From Candidatus Uhrbacteria bacterium GW2011_GWC2_41_11 (lineage in GTDB: Bacteria; Patescibacteriota; Patescibacteriia; UBA9934; GWF2-40-263): a DNA stretch of 64,000 bases. Below the pieces are notes generated by a model that saw only the letters and a list, made by a program, of their open reading frames with translations, ran no database searches and was not told the origin of the DNA. Location: positions 29,703 through 93,702 of the forward strand of contig LCAH01000002.1 in NCBI GenBank assembly GCA_000996355.1, given 5' to 3'. This document shows, one piece after another, positions 1 through 9,789 of the stretch (its first letter is position 1; each line of letters opens with the position of its first letter). The position numbers and the translations under genes are program-made.

Positions 1-254
1 TGATGTATACCCATTTTCCAACCATTCCAGTGGTTTCTCTTAGGGGAATTTGTACTATGTGTTAAAATCGAATGTCAGATGGCAGGAAATCTTTCAAATT
101 ACTGCCATGGCTACTACAGCATCAAGACACGTTCCGGGGTGCTGAAGCTTGGTAGACGACAATCTGCTCCGGATTTGCTTGGAACAGATCGTGTGCTCTC
201 TGAGCTCGTGTTCAAGTTCAAGGCAGAAAATCAGTAGGTCTTCCCAACTAAACG

Positions 255-318
255 ACGCTCTATGTGCAATAGAGACATATTCTTGTGTCATTCTGTTGTT
301 GTGGAGCGTATTTTTTTT
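255..318 (+). terminator. Long hairpin plus U-tract upstream of asnS
   Basis: ACGCTCTAT (255-263) pairs with GTGGAGCGT (301-309), followed by T8. Confidence 0.5.
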
Positions 319-377
319 ATGTTGTCTATATATGTCTTTTCCGCTACAGTGGAAAGGGTATTTTTTGTTTTTGACGT

Positions 378-1676
378 ATGAAAAAGACTTTTGTATCCGA
401 TATAAAAGATTCCGTTGGACAAGAGGTAGAGTTAAAAGGTTGGGTTTATAATTTTCGTTCGAGCGGAAAGATTTTTTTTGTTCAGTTTCGCGACGGGACT
501 GGACGTGTGCAGACTGTATATTCTGCTGCTGAACTTCCAGAAGAACAGTGGAATATTTTAAATCAGCTTCGATTTGAATCCTCAGTTATTGTTCGAGGGA
601 TTGTGAAAGAGGAACTGCGTGCTCCTTCCGGGTTTGAATTGCAAGGAACATCGTTTGAAATGATTCAGCTTGCCCCAGATGATTATCCCATTGGAAAAAA
701 AGAGCATGGTCCTGATTTTCTTTTAGATCATCGACATTTGTGGTTGAGATCCGAACGTCAATGGGCGATTCAACGGATTCGAAATACGATTATCAACGCG
801 ACATACGCTTATTTGAATGAAAATGGTTTTATAAAATTTGACGCTCCTATTTTGACACCGAATGTGTGTGAGGGAACAACCGAATTGTTTGAAATGGATT
901 ATTTTGATTTGGGCAAGGCATATCTTTCACAGTCCGGACAATTGTATCTGGAAGCAGCCATCATGAGTTTTGGACGTGTGTTTGATTTTGGTCCTGTTTT
1001 TCGTGCAGAAAAGTCAAAGACTCGTCGTCATCTTACAGAATTTTGGATGATGGATGCCGAAGCTGCTTTTGTGAATCATGAGGAAAACATGCAGATTCAG
1101 GAAGGACTTATTTGTCGTATTGTTCAAGATGTTTTGGAAAAGAACCGAAAAGAGCTTGTGGTATTGGAACGTGATGTTGTGCCATTGGAAAAAGTTCAGG
1201 CTCCGTTTGTTCATATGACACACGCGGAAGCGGTAGCAAAACTTCATGAGTTTGGAAGTGATATTGGAGATATGGATGATCTTGGAGCAGATGATGAGAC
1301 CATCCTTACCAAACAATACGATCGTCCAATTTTTGTAGAAAAATATCCAGCAGTGGTAAAAGCGTTTTATATGAAACGTGATCCATTGGATCCGAATTAT
1401 GTTTTAAATGCGGATCTGTTAGCTCCGGAAGGATATGGAGAAATTATTGGAGGAAGTCAGCGTGAAGATGATTATGAAGTATTGCTTGCACGTATTAAAG
1501 AACATCATTTACCTTTAGAAGCATTCCATTGGTATCTTGATACACGTAAATACGGTTCCGTTCCACACTCGGGTTTTGGATATGGATTGGAACGTATTGT
1601 GGCATGGGTATGTGGCGTTCCACATATTCGAGAAACGATCCCATTTCCACGCATGATTACTCGATTGACTCCATAA
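378..1676 (+). CDS. asnS: Asparaginyl-tRNA synthetase
   Basis: OB anticodon domain, YLSQSGQLY, FRAEKSKTRRHLTEFWM (motif 2), PHSGFGYGLER (motif 3). Confidence 0.96.
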   Translation: MKKTFVSDIKDSVGQEVELKGWVYNFRSSGKIFFVQFRDGTGRVQTVYSAAELPEEQWNILNQLRFESSVIVRGIVKEELRAPSGFELQGTSFEMIQLAPDDYPIGKKEHGPDFLLDHRHLWLRSERQWAIQRIRNTIINATYAYLNENGFIKFDAPILTPNVCEGTTELFEMDYFDLGKAYLSQSGQLYLEAAIMSFGRVFDFGPVFRAEKSKTRRHLTEFWMMDAEAAFVNHEENMQIQEGLICRIVQDVLEKNRKELVVLERDVVPLEKVQAPFVHMTHAEAVAKLHEFGSDIGDMDDLGADDETILTKQYDRPIFVEKYPAVVKAFYMKRDPLDPNYVLNADLLAPEGYGEIIGGSQREDDYEVLLARIKEHHLPLEAFHWYLDTRKYGSVPHSGFGYGLERIVAWVCGVPHIRETIPFPRMITRLTP

Positions 1677-1682
1677 AAAAAT

Positions 1683-2936
1683 ATGAGACGAACGAGAAAA
1701 CATCACCGCATCATTTTTTTCTTGCTTTTGTGTGCAGGGTTGTTTGGAATATATAGTTTTTTTTCATGTGGAACAGACTATTGGTTAAAATTAGATTTAT
1801 CTTGTCCAGCTTCTTGGATCGTTTTGCCAAATGTTCCAAAAAAACCATTGTCTAAAGATCAGATAAATCCTTCTTTTAAACCAATCAATTCTGGAACATA
1901 CGTGTTATACCAAGTGACTCGTCAACAAGATCAGGGAACAGAAACAACGATTTTTCGTCAGAATCTTTCCGAAATAAATAATCCTACATCTCTTGCTTCA
2001 TTTCTGAATGATGGATTGAAATCATTCGTTTCTCAAGTGTATGGAAAGCAAGTTTTTGTACGTGATGTTTCTTCAGCTGAGTCAGAAAATATGCTCGTGA
2101 ATCTAGATGGTTCACAAAAAAAAGAAACGATTTCTCCTTTTGCTGTATCGTCTTCTGATGGAAAACGACAGGCACTTTCTACGTTTCATTTGGGAACAAA
2201 TCAAGAACCAATTGAGGTTGATGTTTCCGTTGTGGATTCTGAGACAGGAAAGGATATTGACTCCTTTATTCTTGATTCTAAACAATTGGGAATCCTGAAT
2301 GGATATGCGATTCCATTTCTTTTTAGTGCAGATCATAATGTTCTATATATACATCAAGTTTCTGAAGGACAAGAGTATGTGACTGGACTGTGGGCTTATG
2401 ATTTTTCTTCTCATACGGTTCGTTCATATCCATATGTTTCTGAAAATCATTTGTATCGATATCAAATCAATCCAATGACTCAACAATTGATTGGAACAAG
2501 CTTTACCCTTCCAGAATCTTTAGATGAGTTTCCAAAAGGACCTTCTACTCTTCATCTTGTAGATCTTCAAACAGGAAAAGGGATACGTCTTTCTCCAGAA
2601 GATTTGAATAACCCAAATTATTTGATGGATGATACGGTGTTTGATGGTGTGTTTCTTTCACCAGATGGGACACAGATAGGTCTTAGTTCAGAGAAAGAAA
2701 AAGAATTTGTTGTTTTGCCTTTGAATGGAGGAGATCCTCTGAAGAAATCTGTAGCTGAAGGAGATGGATTTATTCGTGATTGGGTGCAAGATACATTGGT
2801 CGTCAATCAGGAAGGTGATATTCTTCTTTACGATCTGACGACCCAAAAAATTATTCCCCTTGCACGAAATGTTGGAAAAGAAGGTGATCCTGATTATCAG
2901 CGGGTGGAATATATTGGAATCATTGTTGTTCAATAG
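1683..2936 (+). CDS. Membrane-anchored beta-propeller (TolB/WD40-like) hypothetical protein
   Basis: N-terminal TM; repeated SSDGK/FSADH/LSPDGTQI blade motifs. Confidence 0.65.
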   Translation: MRRTRKHHRIIFFLLLCAGLFGIYSFFSCGTDYWLKLDLSCPASWIVLPNVPKKPLSKDQINPSFKPINSGTYVLYQVTRQQDQGTETTIFRQNLSEINNPTSLASFLNDGLKSFVSQVYGKQVFVRDVSSAESENMLVNLDGSQKKETISPFAVSSSDGKRQALSTFHLGTNQEPIEVDVSVVDSETGKDIDSFILDSKQLGILNGYAIPFLFSADHNVLYIHQVSEGQEYVTGLWAYDFSSHTVRSYPYVSENHLYRYQINPMTQQLIGTSFTLPESLDEFPKGPSTLHLVDLQTGKGIRLSPEDLNNPNYLMDDTVFDGVFLSPDGTQIGLSSEKEKEFVVLPLNGGDPLKKSVAEGDGFIRDWVQDTLVVNQEGDILLYDLTTQKIIPLARNVGKEGDPDYQRVEYIGIIVVQ

Positions 2937-2999
2937 AACTTTCTCATTTTGCCCATTTTGAGCTTACATTAAAGAAGGTCCTACAATAATATTATTTTT

Positions 3000-4400
3000 A
3001 TGCAACGTACTTGGAATATCGATACTGTTCAAAAAGTTGGAGAAACCGTGAAATTAAATGGCTGGGTTCATCACATTCGTCGTATGGGAGATAAACTTGT
3101 TTTTATTGATTTACGCGACAGCACAGGTCTTGTACAAGTTGTTTGTTATAAGCCAGATTTAGATGCTGAAGCTGTGATAGTTTTAGATGAAGTTGGATCT
3201 GAATATGTATTAGAATTGGAAGGCGTTGTTCAAAAACGAGGAGAAAAACAAGTGAATCCAGATTTAGCAACAGGAACGATCGAGGTTGGAGTAAAAAAAC
3301 TTGTTATTTTGAATCGTTGTAAAACGCCGCCATTTGAAATTGATAAAGATACAAGTGGAATAAATGAGGAATTACGTTTGAAATATCGATATCTTGATTT
3401 GCGTTCAGAACGATTACAAAAAAATTTACGACTTCGAAATCAATTTGTTCAAGCATGTCGAAACTTTCTTTTGAAACAAAAATTTGTTGAGATCGAAACT
3501 CCGTATCTTACAAAAGCAACTCCGGAAGGTTCGCGTGACTTCGTTGTTCCAGCCCGTCTTCAACCCGGAAAGTTTTTTGCGCTTCCACAGTCTCCACAGC
3601 AGTATAAACAACTTCTCATGGTGGCTGGTTTTGAACGATATTTTCAGTTAGCTCGTGCATTTCGTGATGAAGATCCGCGTGCAGATCGTGGATTTGAACA
3701 CACGCAGGTTGATATTGAAATGAGTTTTGTGGAACGAGATGATGTCATGGCAATGGTCGAAGCAATGGTGATTGAAACCGTTGAATCGCTTGGTTTCACT
3801 ATCAAACAAAAACCATTTCCACGCATTACGTATGCAGAATCTATAGCAAAGTATGGTGCAGACAAGTTTGATATGCGAACTGAAGAGGATAAGAAGAATA
3901 ATATTCTTGCTTATGCGTGGGTTGTTGATTTTCCATTTTTTGAAAAAACAGAAGAAGGAGGTTGGACATTTACACACAATCCTTTTTCCATGCCTAAACC
4001 TGAATTTCTTGCTGATCATTTAACGGGAAAGAATATTGAACAGATTCTTACGACTCAGTATGACCTTGTGTGTAATGGATATGAATCTGGCGGTGGAAGT
4101 ATTCGTGCACATGATTCAGAGATTCTCAAAGCAACCTATCGTATTATGGGATATTCAGAACAAGAAATTCAGGATTCTGTTGGTCATATGCTTGAAGCGT
4201 TTGGATACGGAGCTCCTCCACACGGAGGTATTGCTCTTGGAGTAGAGCGTAATCTTATGAACCTGACAGGGGAAGTATTTTTGCGTGAGGTTCAATCTTT
4301 TCCAATGACAGGTTCGGCTCATACATCGGTTATGGATGCCCCGAGCGAACTTCCAGAAAAATCTTTGCGTGAAGTCCATATCACTAAATTAAATGTCTAA
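3000..4400 (+). CDS. aspS: Aspartyl-tRNA synthetase, bacterial type lacking the GAD insertion
   Basis: RLKYRYLDLR, TPEGSRDF, LPQSPQQYKQLLM, FRDED, PPHGGIALG; only 466 aa. Confidence 0.95.
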   Translation: MQRTWNIDTVQKVGETVKLNGWVHHIRRMGDKLVFIDLRDSTGLVQVVCYKPDLDAEAVIVLDEVGSEYVLELEGVVQKRGEKQVNPDLATGTIEVGVKKLVILNRCKTPPFEIDKDTSGINEELRLKYRYLDLRSERLQKNLRLRNQFVQACRNFLLKQKFVEIETPYLTKATPEGSRDFVVPARLQPGKFFALPQSPQQYKQLLMVAGFERYFQLARAFRDEDPRADRGFEHTQVDIEMSFVERDDVMAMVEAMVIETVESLGFTIKQKPFPRITYAESIAKYGADKFDMRTEEDKKNNILAYAWVVDFPFFEKTEEGGWTFTHNPFSMPKPEFLADHLTGKNIEQILTTQYDLVCNGYESGGGSIRAHDSEILKATYRIMGYSEQEIQDSVGHMLEAFGYGAPPHGGIALGVERNLMNLTGEVFLREVQSFPMTGSAHTSVMDAPSELPEKSLREVHITKLNV

Positions 4401-4406
4401 TTTTCT

Positions 4407-5108
4407 GTGTCCTACGAGGTTGAATTAGAACAATTTTCCGGTCCGCTTCATTTGCTTTTGGCATTGATTGAACGAGAAGAACTTCCAATTACGGATATAT
4501 CTCTTGCAAAAGTTGCAAATGATTATCTTCATTACTTGGAAGTTTCAGAAGTTTCTGCAGAAGAATTGGCTGATTTTTTGTTGATTGCAGCCAAATTGCT
4601 TTGGATTAAATCAAATGCAATTCTTCCTTTGCCAGATGTTCAGGATGAAACAGATCCCGGAAAGCTTGTTCTTCAATTGCGTTTGTATCGTGAGTTTGTA
4701 GAAGCAGCAAAAGAATTAGAGGAACGATATGGAACAGCTGTCATGTTTGTGCGACCCGCATCGGCTTCCGCTGTTGTTTTGGAGCCCGTATTTCATCCGC
4801 CAGCGTCTTTGAATACACATATGTTGGAAGAAGTATTTCGATTAGTATTAAAACGTCTTGAACCATTTTTTTCCTTGAAAGAAGCATCTATTCATCGAGT
4901 TATTTCCATTCAGGAAAAAATTCGAGATATACGTCAGGTTATTTTGGATCGGGCACGTTTGAGTTTTAAGGATGTGGTTGATGATGCATCGAATCGGACA
5001 GAAGTTGTCGTGAGTTTTTTGGCTCTCTTGGAGCTCGTAAAACAACGTATTGTGTATGCAGTTCAAGATTCTGCATTTGAAGATATTACTTTGAAACGTG
5101 TAGAATAG
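4407..5108 (+). CDS. scpA: Segregation/condensation protein A
   Basis: FSGPLHLLL N-terminus, VVSFLALLEL C-terminus; adjacent to scpB. Confidence 0.93.
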   Translation: MSYEVELEQFSGPLHLLLALIEREELPITDISLAKVANDYLHYLEVSEVSAEELADFLLIAAKLLWIKSNAILPLPDVQDETDPGKLVLQLRLYREFVEAAKELEERYGTAVMFVRPASASAVVLEPVFHPPASLNTHMLEEVFRLVLKRLEPFFSLKEASIHRVISIQEKIRDIRQVILDRARLSFKDVVDDASNRTEVVVSFLALLELVKQRIVYAVQDSAFEDITLKRVE

Positions 5109-5119
5109 AATCGTTTTAT

Positions 5120-5680
5120 ATGTTGACTGCAAAAATAGAAGCCATTCTTTTCGCGGCAGGGAAGCCGATAGAAATAAAAACCGTTGTGCGCATTCTCGGG
5201 GTGAGTCAAGAAATTATTCGTGAGGCCATTGAAGAATTAAAACAATATCTCAATGTTTCTGATTCCGGGATTCATGTATTAGAACATGAGGAAAAATTAC
5301 AGCTTGTGACAAATCCTGATTTTTCAGAAGTTGTAAAACATCTTGCAAAAGAAGAGGTATCCGGAGAACTTACGCGACCATCTTTGGAAACGTTGACCGT
5401 GATTGCCTATCGAGGGCCCATGTCAAAACCAGAAATTGAACAGATTCGTGGAGTGAATTGCACACTAATTTTGCGCAATCTTCTTTTGCGTGGATTGATT
5501 GAAGAACGAGAAGATGTGGAGCGATTGCAACCTGTCTATACGGTTTCTGTTGATTTGCTCCGTCATCTTGGATTGCACCATATGAATGAATTACCCGGAT
5601 ATAATGGACTACACGCCAATGAACGTATTGATAAAATGCTGGCTGAACTTGCATCTGTGCAGGTTGAATCAAATGGGTAA
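5120..5680 (+). CDS. scpB: Segregation/condensation protein B
   Basis: IEAILF, LETLTVIAYRGP, IEQIRGVN. Confidence 0.93.
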   Translation: MLTAKIEAILFAAGKPIEIKTVVRILGVSQEIIREAIEELKQYLNVSDSGIHVLEHEEKLQLVTNPDFSEVVKHLAKEEVSGELTRPSLETLTVIAYRGPMSKPEIEQIRGVNCTLILRNLLLRGLIEEREDVERLQPVYTVSVDLLRHLGLHHMNELPGYNGLHANERIDKMLAELASVQVESNG

Positions 5681-5686
5681 GTTCAT

Positions 5687-6682
5687 ATGATTCTTCGTCT
5701 TTTCGCTCAAGTTCTTCTTGCAACAAGTTTGTTTCAGTTATTTCCGGCCGATGCGGGACAAATTCAAGAAGTGGCTCGTCTACCGGAAGCCGGTCCTCGG
5801 CGTTCCATGCAAATTGGAACGATTTTGTCTTTTTTATCTTCCTCTTTACCTGAATCCGAAAGTAAGGAAGTTGCTCCTCAGAAGATTCATCCGTTGAGTG
5901 TGGGAGTAAATATTGCCGCTGTGAGTGCATTGGTTGTGGATGCGGGAAGTGGAACTGTGTTATTTGAAAAGCAAGCAGATGAACCGCGATCTATCGGAAG
6001 CATGACAAAACTTATGACTGCTCTCGTCTTTTTGCAATCCAAACCTGATTTGCAAGCACGAGCGAGTATTCAACCGGAGGATGTGCGCGTTGGCGGACAG
6101 CAGCACGTTTCTGTAGGAGATGAGGTGAGTGTACAAGATTTAATTTTAGCGAGTCTTGTAAGCTCAGACAATTCTGCCACGATGTCTCTTGCTCGACTTT
6201 CTGGATTATCTGAAAGTGATTTTATTGTTCGGATGAATGAGGTTGCAAGTGAACTTGGAATGACCAGAACGACGTTTACAGATCCGACAGGGTTATCTCC
6301 GGAAAATCGATCTGTGACTGGTGATCTTGTCAAAATGCTTCGAGCAGCTTTGGCAAATGGAACCATTCATTCTGCCACAGAACATGTTTCTGCAAGTATT
6401 CAAGGAGTGTCAAAACGAATCTATCCACTAGAAAATACTGATGAGCTCATGAAAACGTTTTTAAATGAAGCACCTTATCACATGGTTGGAGGAAAAACAG
6501 GATATCTTCCTGAAGCTGGATATTGTCTTGGAGTTCAAATTCAAAAGGAGGGAAGTGGAGATTTGTTTATTATTGTTCTTGGATCTGATTCAAAAGAGGG
6601 TCGGGTACAAGATGTAAAAAAATTAGCTGTCTGGGCGTATGAGACCTACGCCTGGAATACAAAAATAGAAGACATAAAATAA
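5687..6682 (+). CDS. D-alanyl-D-alanine carboxypeptidase/endopeptidase (peptidase S11)
   Basis: Signal peptide; SMTK (SxxK), SDN (SxN), KTG motifs. Confidence 0.9.
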   Translation: MILRLFAQVLLATSLFQLFPADAGQIQEVARLPEAGPRRSMQIGTILSFLSSSLPESESKEVAPQKIHPLSVGVNIAAVSALVVDAGSGTVLFEKQADEPRSIGSMTKLMTALVFLQSKPDLQARASIQPEDVRVGGQQHVSVGDEVSVQDLILASLVSSDNSATMSLARLSGLSESDFIVRMNEVASELGMTRTTFTDPTGLSPENRSVTGDLVKMLRAALANGTIHSATEHVSASIQGVSKRIYPLENTDELMKTFLNEAPYHMVGGKTGYLPEAGYCLGVQIQKEGSGDLFIIVLGSDSKEGRVQDVKKLAVWAYETYAWNTKIEDIK

Positions 6683-6711
6683 AAAAATCACCCGCTGGAG
6701 TGGAGGTGATT
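6681..6711 (-). terminator. Intrinsic terminator between convergent genes
   Basis: AATCACC/GGTGATT inverted repeat with an A-run on + (U-tract on -). Confidence 0.55.
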
Positions 6712-7246
6712 ATGATCGATATTGTTTCCATGCGCGATGGGAGACAAAATACGTGCGTTTTTTGTTACGGTAGTCGACGTGGAAGAATGCGTCGACCCGC
6801 ATGCCAGACATTGTCTCTTTAACGAGACCTTCTGCTGACATAAGAAGATTGACTGTTTCCTCAAGCGAGAGCTTCGCAAGCCCCGCAGCTCCACATGGAT
6901 AATGTCCATAGAGAACAAGTAATCCAATGTGTTTGAGAACTGCAGCGTCACGAATATGACGCATAAGAACTCGACCATCCTCGCCGTTGATGTTAAGAGG
7001 AGACCACTCTGGTATAAGGATGGCTCCTCCGTTTAGTCCAAGCGGATGAATGCGCGTGGGAAGATTCTGTTCTTCAAAAAGTGATTCGGCATGCCGAATC
7101 AAATCCACGCGTTGATCACAGTCCGCACAAGGGACCGCGATCATTCCAGTTTCGAGATTCCGGAATCGGTTGTCGATTTCTAGGAAAACCCCATTTTTTC
7201 GAAGAGTTTCGACGTATAGCAATTCTTTTTTTTCGGGTTCTGACAT
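6710..7246 (-). CDS. Divergent beta-carbonic-anhydrase-like protein
   Basis: C-A-D and H-Y-P-C-G zinc-ligand motifs with NGGA between them; SD AGGAGG. Confidence 0.6.
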   Translation of the reverse strand: MSEPEKKELLYVETLRKNGVFLEIDNRFRNLETGMIAVPCADCDQRVDLIRHAESLFEEQNLPTRIHPLGLNGGAILIPEWSPLNINGEDGRVLMRHIRDAAVLKHIGLLVLYGHYPCGAAGLAKLSLEETVNLLMSAEGLVKETMSGMRVDAFFHVDYRNKKRTYFVSHRAWKQYRS

Positions 7247-7271
7247 GTTTCCTCCTTTTTAAACCCGCATA

Positions 7272-7346
7272 AATATAGCATCTTTAAAAGAAAAGTCAAT
7301 AAAAGTGATGGTAATAATTGACATTTTTTGATTTTTATACTACGTT
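7272..7346. promoter_or_regulatory. Divergent sigma70-type promoters
   Basis: Minus: TTGACT-16-(TG)TATATT (7299-7272). Plus: TTGACA at 7318 with TACGTT 17 nt downstream. Confidence 0.55.
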
Positions 7347-7384
7347 TCGATCGTCTTTCCAGAAATGAAATGAAAGGAGAATGA

Positions 7385-8425
7385 ATGAAAGACATAGAGA
7401 ATTTGGATGAGACAGTTGCCTGGTTTGAGAGATTTATGGATTTTCTTCTCAAACCTTTGTCTGAGTGGTGTTTCAGGGAGGCAATAGAAGCCAAGACTGG
7501 TCAGGATGTTTTTCTTGCAGAGAAAAGTGCATTCCACGGAATTGATCTTTGTCGGAAACTCGATTCCGACAAGATTTCGTCCGTTTCTCACGACCTTCGT
7601 CTTCTTGCAACAAGAGGAGGAATGCGGCAGACGGTTTATTATCTTCGTCTTTGGAAATTTCGTTCTTATGATGGAGAGAGTGAATATGCATGGGTCAGGC
7701 GATCTGTGAGAAAGTTGCGCGTTTGGATTGCTCTTTTTCCAGAAGAAAGAGAAATGTTAGATATCAGAGATGGAGAACTTGAGGAATATATCCATCTTGC
7801 CGATAGGTCCATTATTTTCAGAATATGTTCTAAGATGGAGGATGGAAGTTGTACGATCCAGGCCGGTTTGAATGAGTTGAGTATGTGTGGCGTTCAAAAA
7901 TCTCTGGAAGGTTTGAATATTGCAAGTATCCTTCCTGAGATATTTGATCGGACCGAGCCAGTCGAAGAGAGGAAAGAGCTTCATCTCGGAATCGTGTCGA
8001 GATTATGGCACCTCCACTTCGGAACATCCAATTCTCGGAAGAGGATGGACTTTGTCCGAGAGATTCGCGAGAATCTTTCCATTCTCTCGGAACCTCCGGA
8101 AGCGCACGGGACTTCGGAAGAGGAGTTGAATGGATTTCTCTTGGGTCGAATTTTTTTGGAATGTGCAGATGAGGTTACCGATGCGTGGAGACAGGCAACA
8201 ATGCCCGAATTTCCGCATTTAACCGTGGACGAAGAAACAGCGCGCGATATGCTGGAGGTTATTGAAGAGAACCGGGAGATTTTGCAGAAAATGGGAATGT
8301 CTGAGTTTCCCAGATTTCTTCGATCCATGGTCGATTTTCAAAGACGGATGGACGAGGAGATTGATCGTCTTCGAACGTTTTACAAACAGTCCGATCCTCC
8401 ACCGTCCGATGATTTGAAGGAATAA
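7385..8425 (+). CDS. Hypothetical alpha-helical protein
   Basis: 346-aa ORF with SD AAGGAG, its own promoter and a terminator. Confidence 0.75.
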   Translation: MKDIENLDETVAWFERFMDFLLKPLSEWCFREAIEAKTGQDVFLAEKSAFHGIDLCRKLDSDKISSVSHDLRLLATRGGMRQTVYYLRLWKFRSYDGESEYAWVRRSVRKLRVWIALFPEEREMLDIRDGELEEYIHLADRSIIFRICSKMEDGSCTIQAGLNELSMCGVQKSLEGLNIASILPEIFDRTEPVEERKELHLGIVSRLWHLHFGTSNSRKRMDFVREIRENLSILSEPPEAHGTSEEELNGFLLGRIFLECADEVTDAWRQATMPEFPHLTVDEETARDMLEVIEENREILQKMGMSEFPRFLRSMVDFQRRMDEEIDRLRTFYKQSDPPPSDDLKE

Positions 8426-8430
8426 AACAG

Positions 8431-8458
8431 GCTCAAGATATCCATTCTTGAGCTTTTT
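8431..8458 (+). terminator. Intrinsic terminator
   Basis: GCTCAAGA/TCTTGAGC stem followed by TTTTT. Confidence 0.7.
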
Positions 8459-8462
8459 ACTT

Positions 8463-9788
8463 TTAGGTCAGTTCACTGATGGTTTGGACTGATTTTAGAA
8501 GGAGTTGTTTTCCAAAGGGAGATTGTTTTCCTTTTTTAGGGATGACAGCGTTTGTTATTCCAAATCGTACAGCTTCTGCAAGTCGGCGTTCACAATCCGG
8601 AACAGAACGAATTTCTCCTCCGAGTCCGACTTCTCCTATGTACACTGTTGAAATTTGATCTGCAATTCCGGCTGAAGCGGAAACAATGGCAGCACAAACA
8701 GCAAGATCAGCGCCCGGTTCAGAAATTTCTATTCCTCCGATGACGTTCACATAAATATCTTGATCTCCAAGCTGAAGTCCAGCCCGTTTGGAAAGAATGG
8801 CTGAAAGCATTTGAAGACGGTTTACATCGAATCCGGATGCACGTCTGACAGGATTTCCATACAAACTTTTTTCCACAAGCGCCTGAATTTCTACCAAAAA
8901 AATTCTTGAGCCTTCACGTACGGTTGCAATGACAGATCCGGGAACAGATGTTCGTTCAGATAAAAGTCGTTCGGATGGATTTGGCACACAGACAAGACCC
9001 TCTCGTACCATTTCAAATACACCAACTTCTTCCGTTGAACCAAAACGATTTTTTGTGGCACGAAGGAGTCGAAATGCATGAAGAGGATCTCCTTCCAGAG
9101 TGAGAACGATATCGACCAAATGTTCGAGTGTTTTTGGACCGGCAACTGCACCGTCTTTCGTCACCTGACCAATAACAAGGATGGGAATATTTGTTCGTTT
9201 GGCGCATTGGAGGAGCAGGTTGGTTGCGTAACGTACAACATTCGGACTTCCGGCAACTCCTTCCATCTCAGAAGAGGGAATCGTTTGAATAGAATCAATA
9301 ATAGCAAGTGTGGGTTTCATCTTTTCAATAGTTGTACACAATATTTCAACTGGTTCTGATTCCAAATAAACAATATGATCGAACGATCGGTTCAGCCGAC
9401 GAAAACGATCAGAAAGTTGTTGAGCGGATTCTTCTCCGGAAATGTACAGAACGGTTTGATTTGTAGAAGAGGATGGAATATTTCCTGCAAGGGAAGTGAC
9501 AAGAGTTGATTTTCCAATACCCGGTTCACCTGAAAGAAGAAGAATACTTCCGGGGACGATTCCACCTCCAAGAACACGGTCAACTTCTTGATTTCCTGTG
9601 GATGTGCGAATGGTTGTGTGGTCTTTAAGGGTTGATAAAAAAACGCCTGTTTTTGCGGAAACAGATGTTGTTTTTTTTATAGATCCTGGCGAGGAAGTTG
9701 TTTCAAGAAGTGTTCCCCATTTTTCACATTCCGAACAGCGTCCGGCCCATTTGGAAAATTGTGCATCGCAACCTTGGCAAACAAACAT
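8463..9788 (-). CDS. radA: DNA repair protein RadA/Sms
   Basis: C4 zinc finger, GEPGIGKST Walker A, KNRFG motif, Lon-like C-terminus. Confidence 0.95.
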   Translation of the reverse strand: MFVCQGCDAQFSKWAGRCSECEKWGTLLETTSSPGSIKKTTSVSAKTGVFLSTLKDHTTIRTSTGNQEVDRVLGGGIVPGSILLLSGEPGIGKSTLVTSLAGNIPSSSTNQTVLYISGEESAQQLSDRFRRLNRSFDHIVYLESEPVEILCTTIEKMKPTLAIIDSIQTIPSSEMEGVAGSPNVVRYATNLLLQCAKRTNIPILVIGQVTKDGAVAGPKTLEHLVDIVLTLEGDPLHAFRLLRATKNRFGSTEEVGVFEMVREGLVCVPNPSERLLSERTSVPGSVIATVREGSRIFLVEIQALVEKSLYGNPVRRASGFDVNRLQMLSAILSKRAGLQLGDQDIYVNVIGGIEISEPGADLAVCAAIVSASAGIADQISTVYIGEVGLGGEIRSVPDCERRLAEAVRFGITNAVIPKKGKQSPFGKQLLLKSVQTISELT

Positions 9789-9789
9789 A

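Noticed and set aside
226-256. AATCAGTAGG...ACTAAACG resembling group I intron core elements
   Set aside because: Poor match, no P7 pairing found and no interrupted host gene
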